A stretch of 12,649 nucleotides of DNA from Candidatus Methylomirabilia bacterium (GCA_041492755.1 JBGPXN010000133.1:1-12649); one strand, 5' to 3'. Counted from the stretch's first letter, positions 1-7,469 are shown. The notes: a model not told the origin generated them from the letters alone. Program-made: numbers and translations.

Positions 1-198
1 CAACTCGGGATGCGGCCACTGATGGCCGATTGCCACCTCGGCCTCGGCATCCTCTACCGAAAGACGACCCAGGCGCGGGCGCGCAGGGAGATCGAGATCG
101 CCATCGACGAGTACCGCGCCATGGGCTCGACGGCGTGGCTGAACGGCGCCGAGATCGCCCTGCAGACGCTCGACCAGGCCTCCACTCGCGAGTCATAG
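1..198 (+). CDS. C-terminal TPR tail of a large multidomain protein, probably adenylate/guanylate cyclase-STAND ATPase-TPR type (5' part outside window)
   Basis: Frame 1 is open from base 1: QLGMRPLMADCHLGLGILYRK...ARREIEIAIDEYRAMGSTAWLNGAE. This resembles the LGMRPLxAHCHLGLGxLY...AxxxYRxMGMxxWL terminal TPR pattern of cyclase/STAND-TPR proteins. Stop TAG at 196-198. Confidence 0.75.
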   Translation, partial: QLGMRPLMADCHLGLGILYRKTTQARARREIEIAIDEYRAMGSTAWLNGAEIALQTLDQASTRES

Positions 199-212
199 CA
201 GCAGTGCGCGTT

Positions 213-1031
213 TCACTTACCGGAGGCGGCGCCACGCCGGGCAATGAAATCGAGGGTGGCCTGGGCGCACCGCTCGGCGTCGCTCGCCGCGACGTGGTAG
301 GAGTTGCCGGGGATCACCAGCAGCTCGGAATTCCAGATCGTCTGCTGCCACGCGCGAGTTTCCTCCACCGACGCGAGACCGCTTTCCTCGGTGGTAATCA
401 CGAGCGTGGGGCAGGCGATCTTCGGCACATCGGCCCGGATGTCCGAGTAATTGATGGCGGCATTGAAGCCGACGAGCGTCGACACCGGCGCCCGGCCCAT
501 GAATGTGATCCACCAGTCGACCCCTTCGGCGGGAAACCGGTCGCCGAGCCGGCCCGCCATGGTGCGCCTCGCCCAATGCTCGACGCCATGCGTCTCGAAC
601 TCCTGGGTCAACGCGGGGATGCGCTCGGCGCCCTTGCGGAGCGGCGGCGGCGAGCCGACCACGGTGAGCGTCATCACCCGCTCGGGGCGGCGCGCGGCAA
701 ACGCCCGCGCGATGACCCCACCGATCTTCGCGCCGACCAGATGGAAGCGTTGAACACCGAGCGCGTCCATGAGGCGGGCATAGTCGTCGATGATGACGTC
801 GAGCGTCCACGCAAAATCGCGCGGCATCGGCGTCGACGCGCCATAGCCGCGCATATCCGGCCGCACGACCCGGAACCACCGCGCCAGCAGCGGCACCCAC
901 GCATACCAGGCCAGGCTGCTTTCGGCATTGCCGTGCAACAGGAGGATGGTGTCGGGCTCCGACCACGGCTCGGTGAAGTCGTCGACCAGATAGTGCAGGT
1001 GCAGGTCGGGAGACGCCTCGAACGTCGGCAT
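213..1031 (-). CDS. Alpha/beta fold hydrolase (enol-lactonase/RutD-like), non-canonical nucleophile elbow
   Basis: Motifs ILLLHGNAE, RVVRPDMRGYGAS, FHLVGAKIGG, IACPTLVI and C-terminal His (GNSYHVA). ATG at 1031 with GGAGG at 1042-1038; an in-frame TTG at 1034 is an alternative start. Confidence 0.9.
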   Translation of the reverse strand: MPTFEASPDLHLHYLVDDFTEPWSEPDTILLLHGNAESSLAWYAWVPLLARWFRVVRPDMRGYGASTPMPRDFAWTLDVIIDDYARLMDALGVQRFHLVGAKIGGVIARAFAARRPERVMTLTVVGSPPPLRKGAERIPALTQEFETHGVEHWARRTMAGRLGDRFPAEGVDWWITFMGRAPVSTLVGFNAAINYSDIRADVPKIACPTLVITTEESGLASVEETRAWQQTIWNSELLVIPGNSYHVAASDAERCAQATLDFIARRGAASGK

Positions 1032-1080
1032 CAAGATCCTCCAGTCGTTGGGACATCGCCGGTCGCGCGATCGGCCAATC

Positions 1081-1109
1081 AGGGTAAGCCGTTCGCCGCG
1101 AGTTGTCAG
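1081..1109 (-). promoter_or_regulatory. Putative sigma70 promoter of the hydrolase gene
   Basis: Minus strand CTGACA (1109-1104), 17-nt spacer, TACCCT (1086-1081), about 40 nt upstream of the GGAGG RBS. Confidence 0.5.
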
Positions 1110-1160
1110 TGGCTGAGCGGCGGGCCGGAGGGGCCGCGGGCCTGGCGCGGCTGATCGGCG

Positions 1161-1190
1161 TTGACTACCGTCCGCCTCGGAACGTAGTCT
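1161..1190 (+). promoter_or_regulatory. Putative sigma70 promoter of the cyclase gene
   Basis: TTGACT (1161-1166), 18-nt spacer, TAGTCT (1185-1190); GGAG at 1220-1223 precedes ATG 1229. Confidence 0.5.
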
Positions 1191-1228
1191 CGCGTCACCG
1201 TCCCGACGCGCGCGCTCGTGGAGCCCAC

Positions 1229-2212
1229 ATGAGGTGTTCCCGCTGCCAGGCCGAGAATCGTGAAGGCCTCCGATTCTGCGAGGACTGCGGCGCTCGTCTG
1301 GCCGTCACGTGCGCCTCGTGCGGAGCCGAGGTCACGGCCGGCAAGCGGTTCTGCGGATCGTGCGGGGCGTCGGTCACGGGCGCGCAATTGCACGCGCGAT
1401 TCGGGTCTCCCGACTCGTACACGCCGAGGCATCTCGCCGAGAAGATCCTCACCTCGAAGAGCGCGCTGGAGGGCGAGCGCAAAGAGGTCACGGTGCTGTT
1501 CGTCGACGTGTCGGGCTTCACCTCGCTGTCCGAGAAGCTCGACCCCGAGGACGTGCATCGGCTCATGACCCGCGCGTTCGACCTCATGCTCGGCGAGGTC
1601 CACCGCTACGAGGGCACCGTCAACCAATTCCTCGGCGACGGCATCATGGCTCTGTTCGGCGCGCCGCTTGCCCACGAGGATCACGCGCAGCGGGCCCTCC
1701 ATGCCGCGCTCGGCATCCGGAAGGCCCTCGTAGACTATCAGGACGAGCTCCGCGCGCGCGGGGTCGTCTTCCGCGCGCGACTGGGACTCAATACCGGCCT
1801 GGTCGTCGTCGGAAGCATTGGCAGCAATCTCCGGATGGACTACACCGCGGTCGGGGACACCACGAACGTCGCGGCCCGGCTCCAGCAGATGGCGCCGCCC
1901 GGGGCGATCTGGGTCGGCGAGACGACGCATCGGATTGCCCGGGAGTCGTTCGAATGGCAGCTGATCGAACCGGTGCTCGTGAAGGGCAAGGCCGAGCCGG
2001 TGCACGTGTACGAAGTGCGCGGGCCATGGACGGTGCGTAGTCGGTTCGACGTCATCGAGCAGCGGGGGTTGACCCGGTTCGTCGGGCGCGACGCCGACTT
2101 GCGGCAGCTCATCGCGGCGTTGGCGAACGCGAAGAACGGGCGGGGCCAGGTGGTGTCGGTGATCGGCCCGGCGGGCATCGGGAAGCTGCCATCTACGGGC
2201 ATTGTGGGATGA
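1229..2212 (+). CDS. Double zinc ribbon plus class III adenylate/guanylate cyclase, truncated at the Walker A of its AAA/STAND domain (327 aa)
   Basis: Four CxxC pairs (CSRC, CEDC, CASC, CGSC). Cyclase motifs GERKEVTVLFVDVSGFT, QFLGDGIMALFGAP, GLNTGLVVVG, YTAVGDTTNVAARLQ and VKGK. Then FVGR...GQVVSVIGPAGIGK followed by 8 unrelated residues and TGA. Confidence 0.9.
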   Translation: MRCSRCQAENREGLRFCEDCGARLAVTCASCGAEVTAGKRFCGSCGASVTGAQLHARFGSPDSYTPRHLAEKILTSKSALEGERKEVTVLFVDVSGFTSLSEKLDPEDVHRLMTRAFDLMLGEVHRYEGTVNQFLGDGIMALFGAPLAHEDHAQRALHAALGIRKALVDYQDELRARGVVFRARLGLNTGLVVVGSIGSNLRMDYTAVGDTTNVAARLQQMAPPGAIWVGETTHRIARESFEWQLIEPVLVKGKAEPVHVYEVRGPWTVRSRFDVIEQRGLTRFVGRDADLRQLIAALANAKNGRGQVVSVIGPAGIGKLPSTGIVG

Positions 2213-2517
2213 AGTTTCACGTTGGATGCGCTCACCGTCTGCTCGGCGAAATAGCCCTGACCATCAACCCGGCCCAGGAGGAAGAACCACTGGCGGCGGC
2301 CCACTTCGAGGACAGCATCGCCGTACTCGAAGAGATCAACGCCGAGAACGAGCTGGCGTTGGCCTTCGCCGGCTATGGGCGGCTGCACCGCCAGCAGGGC
2401 AACGTCGCGCAGGCTCGCGATTATTTGACGCGCGCTCTCGAGATCTTCGACCGCCTCGGCACCTTGATCGAGCCGGACAGGGTCCGCCGTGAATCGGCTG
2501 AATTGGCGAATGGGTAG
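2209..2517 (+). pseudogene. Orphaned C-terminal TPR segment of a cyclase-STAND-TPR protein
   Basis: GMKFHVGCAHRLLGEIAL...AENELALAFAGYGRLHRQQGNVAQARDYLTRALEIFDRLGT is a TPR-like terminal helix set. The same frame reads EAAIYGHCG upstream to about 2182, overlapping the Walker A codons of the preceding ORF. ATG 2209 overlaps that ORF's TGA (ATGA). Confidence 0.75.
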
Positions 2518-2577
2518 CGCTGTCGTCCGTCTCCAACGGGATGTGAACAACACGCCGGCGCCCCCGGGCGAATAGAA

Positions 2578-4233
2578 ATGGCTGAGCGCAAGACCTACGA
2601 TTACGTCATCGTCGGCGCCGGATCGGCGGGCTGCGTGCTCGCTCATCGGCTCAGCGCCGATCCGTCGGCCCGCGTGCTGCTCCTGGAGGCCGGCGGGCGC
2701 GACACCCATCCCCTGATCCATGTCCCGATCGGGCTCGGCAAGATCTGGGAGCATCGGATGTTCGACTGGGGCTACGACACGGAGCCCGAGCCCCGGCTGG
2801 ACGATCGCCGGATCGAGGCCATGCGCGGCAAGGTGCTCGGCGGCAGCTCCTCGATCAACGTGATGGCCTACGTGCGCGGCCACCGCGGCGACTACGACCG
2901 GTGGGCACAGAGCGGCTGCCATGGCTGGTCGTATGCCGAAGCCCTCCCCTACTTCAAGCGGTGCGAGAGCTGGGAGAAGGGCGAGGACACCTGGCGCGGC
3001 GGCCACGGGCCGCTGGGCGTCATCGATACGCGCAATCAAGACCCCTTGTTCGACGCCTGGCTCGATGCGGCGCAAGAGGCCGACTGGCCGTTCACCGAGG
3101 ACTACAACGGCAAGGAACAGGAGGGCTTCGGTCGCAGTCAATGGACCATCCGGAACGGCCGCCGCTGCAGCGCCGCCACGGCCTTTCTGCGACCGGCCAT
3201 GCGGCGGCCCAACCTCACGGTCGAGACGAACGCGCTCGCGACCCGGGTGATCCTCGAGGGGACGCGCGCGACGGGCGTCGAGTACGCCCGGAACGGCCGC
3301 CTCCATCAGGCCTCGGCCACCCGCGAGGTGCTGCTCGCCGGCGGCGTGTTCAACACGCCGCAGTTGCTCATGCTGTCGGGCATCGGTGAGGCGGAGCATC
3401 TCCGCGACGTCGGCATCGAGCCCAAGGTGAATCTGCCCGGCGTGGGCAAGAACCTTCAAGATCACCTCTCCGTCGACGTGCACCATGCCCGGCGGGACCG
3501 CGGCCCCTTCCACGCCGAGATGCGTCTCGATCGCACGGCCGTCAACATGGTGCGCGCCTACGTGTTCGGGACGGGACCGGGAACCGTGCTACCGAGCGGT
3601 CTGCACGCCTTCCTCAAGACGCGGCGCGAGCTCGCGGTGCCCAACATTCAGTTCCTGTTCCGCGGTGCGCCAGCCCGCGCGCATCCGTGGTTCCCGGGCA
3701 TCACGCCGGCGTACGAGGACAGCTTCGGGCTCCGACCGGTGATGCTGCACCCCGAGAGCCGGGGCGTCGTGCGGCTGCGCTCGGCGGACCCAGCCGCTCC
3801 GGTGCGCATCGTGCAGAACTTCCTGGCCACCGAGCACGACGTCCACACGATCCGCGAGGGCGTGAAGCTCGCACGCGACCTCGCAAGGCGGAAAGGGCTC
3901 GACCCGTTTCGAGGCCGAGAGACGGCGCCCGGGCCCGACTGTCGGACCGACGCCGAGATCGACGCGTTCGTGCGCCGCACCGCGATCACGGCCCATCATC
4001 CATGCGCCACCTGCGCGATGGGAACCGGAGAGGACGCGGTGCTGGATCCGGTGCTGCGCGTGCGCGGCGTCGAGGGACTCCGCGTCGCCGACGCCTCGGC
4101 CATGCCGGATCTGGTCTCGGGCAACATCAACGCCTGCGTGCTGATGATCGCGGAGAAGGCGGCCGACCTGGTGCTCGGCAAGCCGCCGCTGCCCGCGGTC
4201 GCGACCGCGCATGCAGACGCGACCCCAACCTGA
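2578..4233 (+). CDS. GMC family FAD oxidoreductase (choline dehydrogenase-like)
   Basis: YDYVIVGAGSAGCVLA FAD-binding motif, RGKVLGGSSSIN, PQLLMLSGIG, GVGKNLQDH, HHPCATCAMG (active-site His), LRVADASAMP and SGNINA (Asn). 551 aa. Confidence 0.95.
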   Translation: MAERKTYDYVIVGAGSAGCVLAHRLSADPSARVLLLEAGGRDTHPLIHVPIGLGKIWEHRMFDWGYDTEPEPRLDDRRIEAMRGKVLGGSSSINVMAYVRGHRGDYDRWAQSGCHGWSYAEALPYFKRCESWEKGEDTWRGGHGPLGVIDTRNQDPLFDAWLDAAQEADWPFTEDYNGKEQEGFGRSQWTIRNGRRCSAATAFLRPAMRRPNLTVETNALATRVILEGTRATGVEYARNGRLHQASATREVLLAGGVFNTPQLLMLSGIGEAEHLRDVGIEPKVNLPGVGKNLQDHLSVDVHHARRDRGPFHAEMRLDRTAVNMVRAYVFGTGPGTVLPSGLHAFLKTRRELAVPNIQFLFRGAPARAHPWFPGITPAYEDSFGLRPVMLHPESRGVVRLRSADPAAPVRIVQNFLATEHDVHTIREGVKLARDLARRKGLDPFRGRETAPGPDCRTDAEIDAFVRRTAITAHHPCATCAMGTGEDAVLDPVLRVRGVEGLRVADASAMPDLVSGNINACVLMIAEKAADLVLGKPPLPAVATAHADATPT

Positions 4234-4288
4234 CTCGCCGCCATGGACCAGCGAATTGCCACACCGTTCTGAGAATCTTCGGCTATAG

Positions 4289-4906
4289 CTAGTACTGGCG
4301 GAACGTGAGGTTGAACCGCCCGGTGAGACCGAGCTCCGGGGGTGCGGTGCCAGGCACGATGCGCGTAACGCCGTGATATCGGAGCCGCGCGGGTCCACCG
4401 AACACGAACGCGTCACCCGATTCCAGCAGCAAGGGGTCAGCGGGCTCTCGTCGCCGTACCCCGCCGAAGAGGAATCGCGCTGTGTCGCCGAGCGAGACCG
4501 ACACGACCGGACAACCTGCGGCAATCGACCGCGCCCTCTCGTCCCTGTCCTGGTGCAGCCCCATCCGTCCTTCGCCGTCGTAGTAATTGAGGATGCACAG
4601 GTCCGCGTCGAGGGTCATGCCGACTGATGCGGCGATCTCGTTCGCGAGCGCCTTCAAGTTCTCGGGCAGCGGCGGCACCGGTAGACCGTCGAAGTCGGTT
4701 CGCGTGGGCTCGTACTGGTAGGTCTTCCCGTTCCAGTGGCGCCCCAGACAGAGCATGCGGACGTGCATCCTGCCGCCGCCGCGGACGACGGGTACGTAGG
4801 CGGGGACAGCGCCATCGACGAGCGCATGACATTGCTCGACGAGCGCACACTGCGCGTCGACGGTCAGGTAACGCTGCAGGTGGAATGCTCCCGGCTCGAT
4901 CTCCAC
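4289..4906 (-). CDS. alkB: AlkB-family 2-oxoglutarate/Fe(II) dioxygenase
   Basis: CILNYY...MGLHQDRDE (HxD), PVVSVSLG, LESGDAFVFGG, RYHGV (distal His) and RFNLTFR (2OG-binding Arg residues). GTG start at 4906. Confidence 0.9.
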   Translation of the reverse strand: MEIEPGAFHLQRYLTVDAQCALVEQCHALVDGAVPAYVPVVRGGGRMHVRMLCLGRHWNGKTYQYEPTRTDFDGLPVPPLPENLKALANEIAASVGMTLDADLCILNYYDGEGRMGLHQDRDERARSIAAGCPVVSVSLGDTARFLFGGVRRREPADPLLLESGDAFVFGGPARLRYHGVTRIVPGTAPPELGLTGRFNLTFRQY

Positions 4907-4911
4907 ATCCG

Positions 4912-4921
4912 TACGCTACCA
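4912..4921. promoter_or_regulatory. Overlapping bidirectional -10 elements (leaderless alkB promoter and a divergent promoter)
   Basis: Minus strand TGG-TAGCGT (4921-4913, extended -10) lies 6 nt before the alkB GTG. Plus strand TACGCT (4912-4917) overlaps it, upstream of AAAGGAGG at 4951-4958. Confidence 0.5.
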
Positions 4922-4964
4922 TTGTCGCCGTGCTCCGCGACGCGATGTTCAAAGGAGGCCCGTC

Positions 4965-5060
4965 ATGAAAAGGATCAATCCAGTCGTCGTCGGCCCGCGG
5001 AAGGGTCATGTCGAGGCTTGGCTTGCGGGGACTTTGAACCGCGTTGGTCGTTCGGGGTGA
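4965..5060 (+). CDS. Putative 31-aa small ORF or 5' remnant of a lost gene (MKRINPVVVGPRKGHVEAWLAGTLNRVGRSG)
   Basis: SD AAAGGAGG at 4951-4958, 6 nt before ATG AAA; TGA at 5058-5060. Overlaps the last 55 nt of the convergent MFS gene. Below the ORF-track length cutoff. Confidence 0.35.
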   Translation: MKRINPVVVGPRKGHVEAWLAGTLNRVGRSG

Positions 5061-6307
5061 GGGAGCTTCCATAAGATGAGCCCCGCCACGCAGTAGGAAA
5101 TCACGAAAGGGATCATCGCATACGTGTAGCTCTGCGTCTGGTCGTAGATCCAGCCGGTGAACACCGCGGCGGGCATCGAGGCAACGCTCTGGAGCGCGGC
5201 GATCCAGCCGCGGATCGTGGCGAAATGCGTGCGACCGAAGAAGTCGCCGACCAACGCCCACGTCACGGAGTTGATGCCATCACCACACGAAAACAAGATG
5301 GCGAAGGCGACCAGAGGCCACAGCGCACCATCGCTGTACGTCAGCACGACGAGACCCAGGGCACCCAGAAGCACACCCACGGTGCCAATCTTCTGTTTCG
5401 ACTGCCGGTCACCGAGCCATCCCGTCAGCGGTCGCACGATGACGGTACTGAACGCCGTCAGCCCCACGAAGAACGCCGCCGTTGGCTGGTCCAGCCCCTT
5501 CCAGACCAGTAGCGGCACGAGGTGGACGGTGACTCCGCTGTAGGGAACATTGCGCAGGCCGTGGAAGGTGGCGAGGAGCCAGAAGGCCGGCGTCCGCAAC
5601 GCCTCCCTGGCCGTGAACTCGTGCGTGTCGCCCGGCGGGTGCCCACGCTCGCGCCCATCCGCCGATGGGTCGCGCGAAGCCCTGCGCTCGCCGTCTGGCA
5701 GCAACCCCATGCTCTCCGGAGAGCGACGAATGAACAGGACCAGGGGAAGGAGCATGAGCACACCGACACCGGAGAGGAGCGCGGCAGCGTGCCAGCCGAG
5801 CGTCAAGACGGCGAGCGCCACCAGCGGAAAGATCAGCACCCCACCGATGGCCTGTCCGGTCTGGACGATGGCCATGGCGAGTCCCCGCTTCCTGCGAAAC
5901 CAGTGGTTGACCGCGGCCAGGGTGGCGTGGTTGAAGCCGATTTGAAAGCCCGTGGTCACGGGGCCGATGAACACCAGGACGAAGAAGAGATAGCTCTGGG
6001 TGAAGGACAGCAGCACGAACCCCAGCCCGGCGAGCATCGTCCCGAGGACCAGCATGATCCGGACATCGAACCGGTCGATGAGATATCCCACCAGCGGCCC
6101 TTCCACCGCCGACTGCAGCTTGGCGAGCGAGAAGGGCAAGGAGGTCGCGACCCGACTGAGGTGCAGCTCCTTGAGAACCGGGAGAAAGTACAGAGTGAAT
6201 CCCGTGTTGTATGTGCCGCCCTTCACGGCATCGAGGACGCAGCCGATGATCACGATCCACCAGCCATAGAACAGGCGTCCGGGGCTTTCCGATCGCCGTC
6301 GCTTCAT
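5006..6307 (-). CDS. Major facilitator superfamily transporter (OFA/MCT-like)
   Basis: About 12 hydrophobic segments. FYGWWIV N-terminus, motif A GYLIDRFDVR and its repeat GWLGDRQSK, WFRRKRGLAMAI, PESMGLLPDG, EALRTPAFWLL and GWIYDQTQSY. AGAGG at 6317-6313. Confidence 0.93.
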   Translation of the reverse strand: MKRRRSESPGRLFYGWWIVIIGCVLDAVKGGTYNTGFTLYFLPVLKELHLSRVATSLPFSLAKLQSAVEGPLVGYLIDRFDVRIMLVLGTMLAGLGFVLLSFTQSYLFFVLVFIGPVTTGFQIGFNHATLAAVNHWFRRKRGLAMAIVQTGQAIGGVLIFPLVALAVLTLGWHAAALLSGVGVLMLLPLVLFIRRSPESMGLLPDGERRASRDPSADGRERGHPPGDTHEFTAREALRTPAFWLLATFHGLRNVPYSGVTVHLVPLLVWKGLDQPTAAFFVGLTAFSTVIVRPLTGWLGDRQSKQKIGTVGVLLGALGLVVLTYSDGALWPLVAFAILFSCGDGINSVTWALVGDFFGRTHFATIRGWIAALQSVASMPAAVFTGWIYDQTQSYTYAMIPFVISYCVAGLILWKLPHPERPTRFKVPASQAST

Positions 6308-6332
6308 GACCGCCTCTCGCCGAATCCTCCTG

Positions 6333-7331
6333 TCACGCGGTGCCGCACGTTACGCGCTGCCCCGACTGCGCGGACCTGACGATCGCCTCGAGCACCGCGA
6401 CCCCGTGCACCGCGTCGTCCGGCGGGCACGCGTACGGCGCGCGCCCTTCGATCGCATCGGCGAATCCTTCCAGCTCGGCGCGCTCGCTGCTTGCTTGCGG
6501 ATAGTCGATCACCGTCGGTTGCGCGTTGACCATGCACGTCGTCAGCGACCACGTGTGCAGATGCGGGATCGAGCCGACCGTGGCCCAGCCCTTCGAGCCG
6601 AATATCTGCATGCGCCAGCCCTCGGCCGTCGCGATGACCGTCCCGAGATATCCGCTCGCGCCGCTCGTGAACTTGAACAGCATCGACGTCGTGTCGTCGA
6701 GGCCGTAGTCCAGGGTGAGCCGAGCGCTCTGGGCGAACACCGACTCGATCCGGCCGGCGAGATAGAGCATCGCGTCGACAACGTGCACGCCGCGTCCGGT
6801 CATGCCACCGGCGGGCCCTTCCTCCGTTTGTTGACGCCAGTGCTCCTTCGGAAAGCGATACACGCTCGGCCCGTTGAAGTTGCCCTCGATGTGGAGCACC
6901 CGACCGAGCCGGCCATCCTGCAGCATCCGCTTGATCTCTTGAAGCCCCGGCTGGTACCGCCAGTTGAATCCCACCGCGAGCACGCGCCTGGCGTCCGCGC
7001 ACGCCTTCGCCGCGGCTTCGGCGCTGGCTCTCGTCAGCGCGAAGGGCTTGTCGGTGAAGACGTGCTTGCCGGCGCGCGCGGCCTCGATGACCTGCTCGGC
7101 ATGCTGCGTGTGCGGTGTCGCGAGCACGACCGCGTCGATACCCGGGTCGGCGAGCACCTTCGCGTAGTCGTTCACGAGGGCGAGGCCGTACCGCGCGGCG
7201 AAGGACGCCGCGCGCTCCGGCGTGCGCGCGACACCTGTCGTGAAGCGGATCTTGTCGGTCTTGTCTTGCGTGCATTCCACGAGGTTCTGTCCCCAGCGGC
7301 CGACACCAACGATGGCAGCTCTGATGGTCAT
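6333..7331 (-). CDS. Gfo/Idh/MocA family NAD(P)-dependent oxidoreductase
   Basis: IRAAIVGVGRWG Rossmann start, DAVVLATPHTQH, GKHVFTDKPFA (EKP variant), VGFNWRY and GGMTGRGVHVVD. Start placed at MTIRAA (ATG 7331) from the domain boundary and the upstream -10. Ends 25 nt before the MFS start, so probably co-transcribed. Confidence 0.92.
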   Translation of the reverse strand: MTIRAAIVGVGRWGQNLVECTQDKTDKIRFTTGVARTPERAASFAARYGLALVNDYAKVLADPGIDAVVLATPHTQHAEQVIEAARAGKHVFTDKPFALTRASAEAAAKACADARRVLAVGFNWRYQPGLQEIKRMLQDGRLGRVLHIEGNFNGPSVYRFPKEHWRQQTEEGPAGGMTGRGVHVVDAMLYLAGRIESVFAQSARLTLDYGLDDTTSMLFKFTSGASGYLGTVIATAEGWRMQIFGSKGWATVGSIPHLHTWSLTTCMVNAQPTVIDYPQASSERAELEGFADAIEGRAPYACPPDDAVHGVAVLEAIVRSAQSGQRVTCGTA

Positions 7332-7338
7332 GGCGCCG

Positions 7339-7344
7339 AGGATA
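7339..7344 (-). promoter_or_regulatory. Putative -10 element for a leaderless oxidoreductase-MFS transcript
   Basis: Minus strand TATCCT 7 nt before ATG 7331; no SD present. Confidence 0.45.
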
Positions 7345-7424
7345 CCCGGCCTGGCGCGCCCGCGCTGCATCCGTTATCCCCCGCCGCTGGTGCTTCGGCG
7401 GAGCCCGCTCGCATCTCCTGCCCA

Positions 7425-7463
7425 TGCTAGACTCAGCGCCTCTCACCCGACCGGCAGCGGAGG
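7425..7463 (+). promoter_or_regulatory. Putative extended -10 promoter and RBS of the monooxygenase operon
   Basis: TGC-TAGACT (7425-7433); GGAGG at 7459-7463, 6 nt before ATG 7470. Confidence 0.45.
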
Positions 7464-7469
7464 CTCGCG

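Noticed and set aside
2542..2557. TGTGA upstream of the GMC gene as a CRP site linked to the cyclase
   Set aside because: Only a half-site; the second half (CGCCG) does not match TCACA.
213..4233. Assigning the GMC enzyme as betA, or as pyridoxine 4-oxidase in a vitamin B6 pathway with the hydrolase
   Set aside because: No betB/betI/betT or other B6 catabolic genes are in the window, and the motifs give only family-level assignment.
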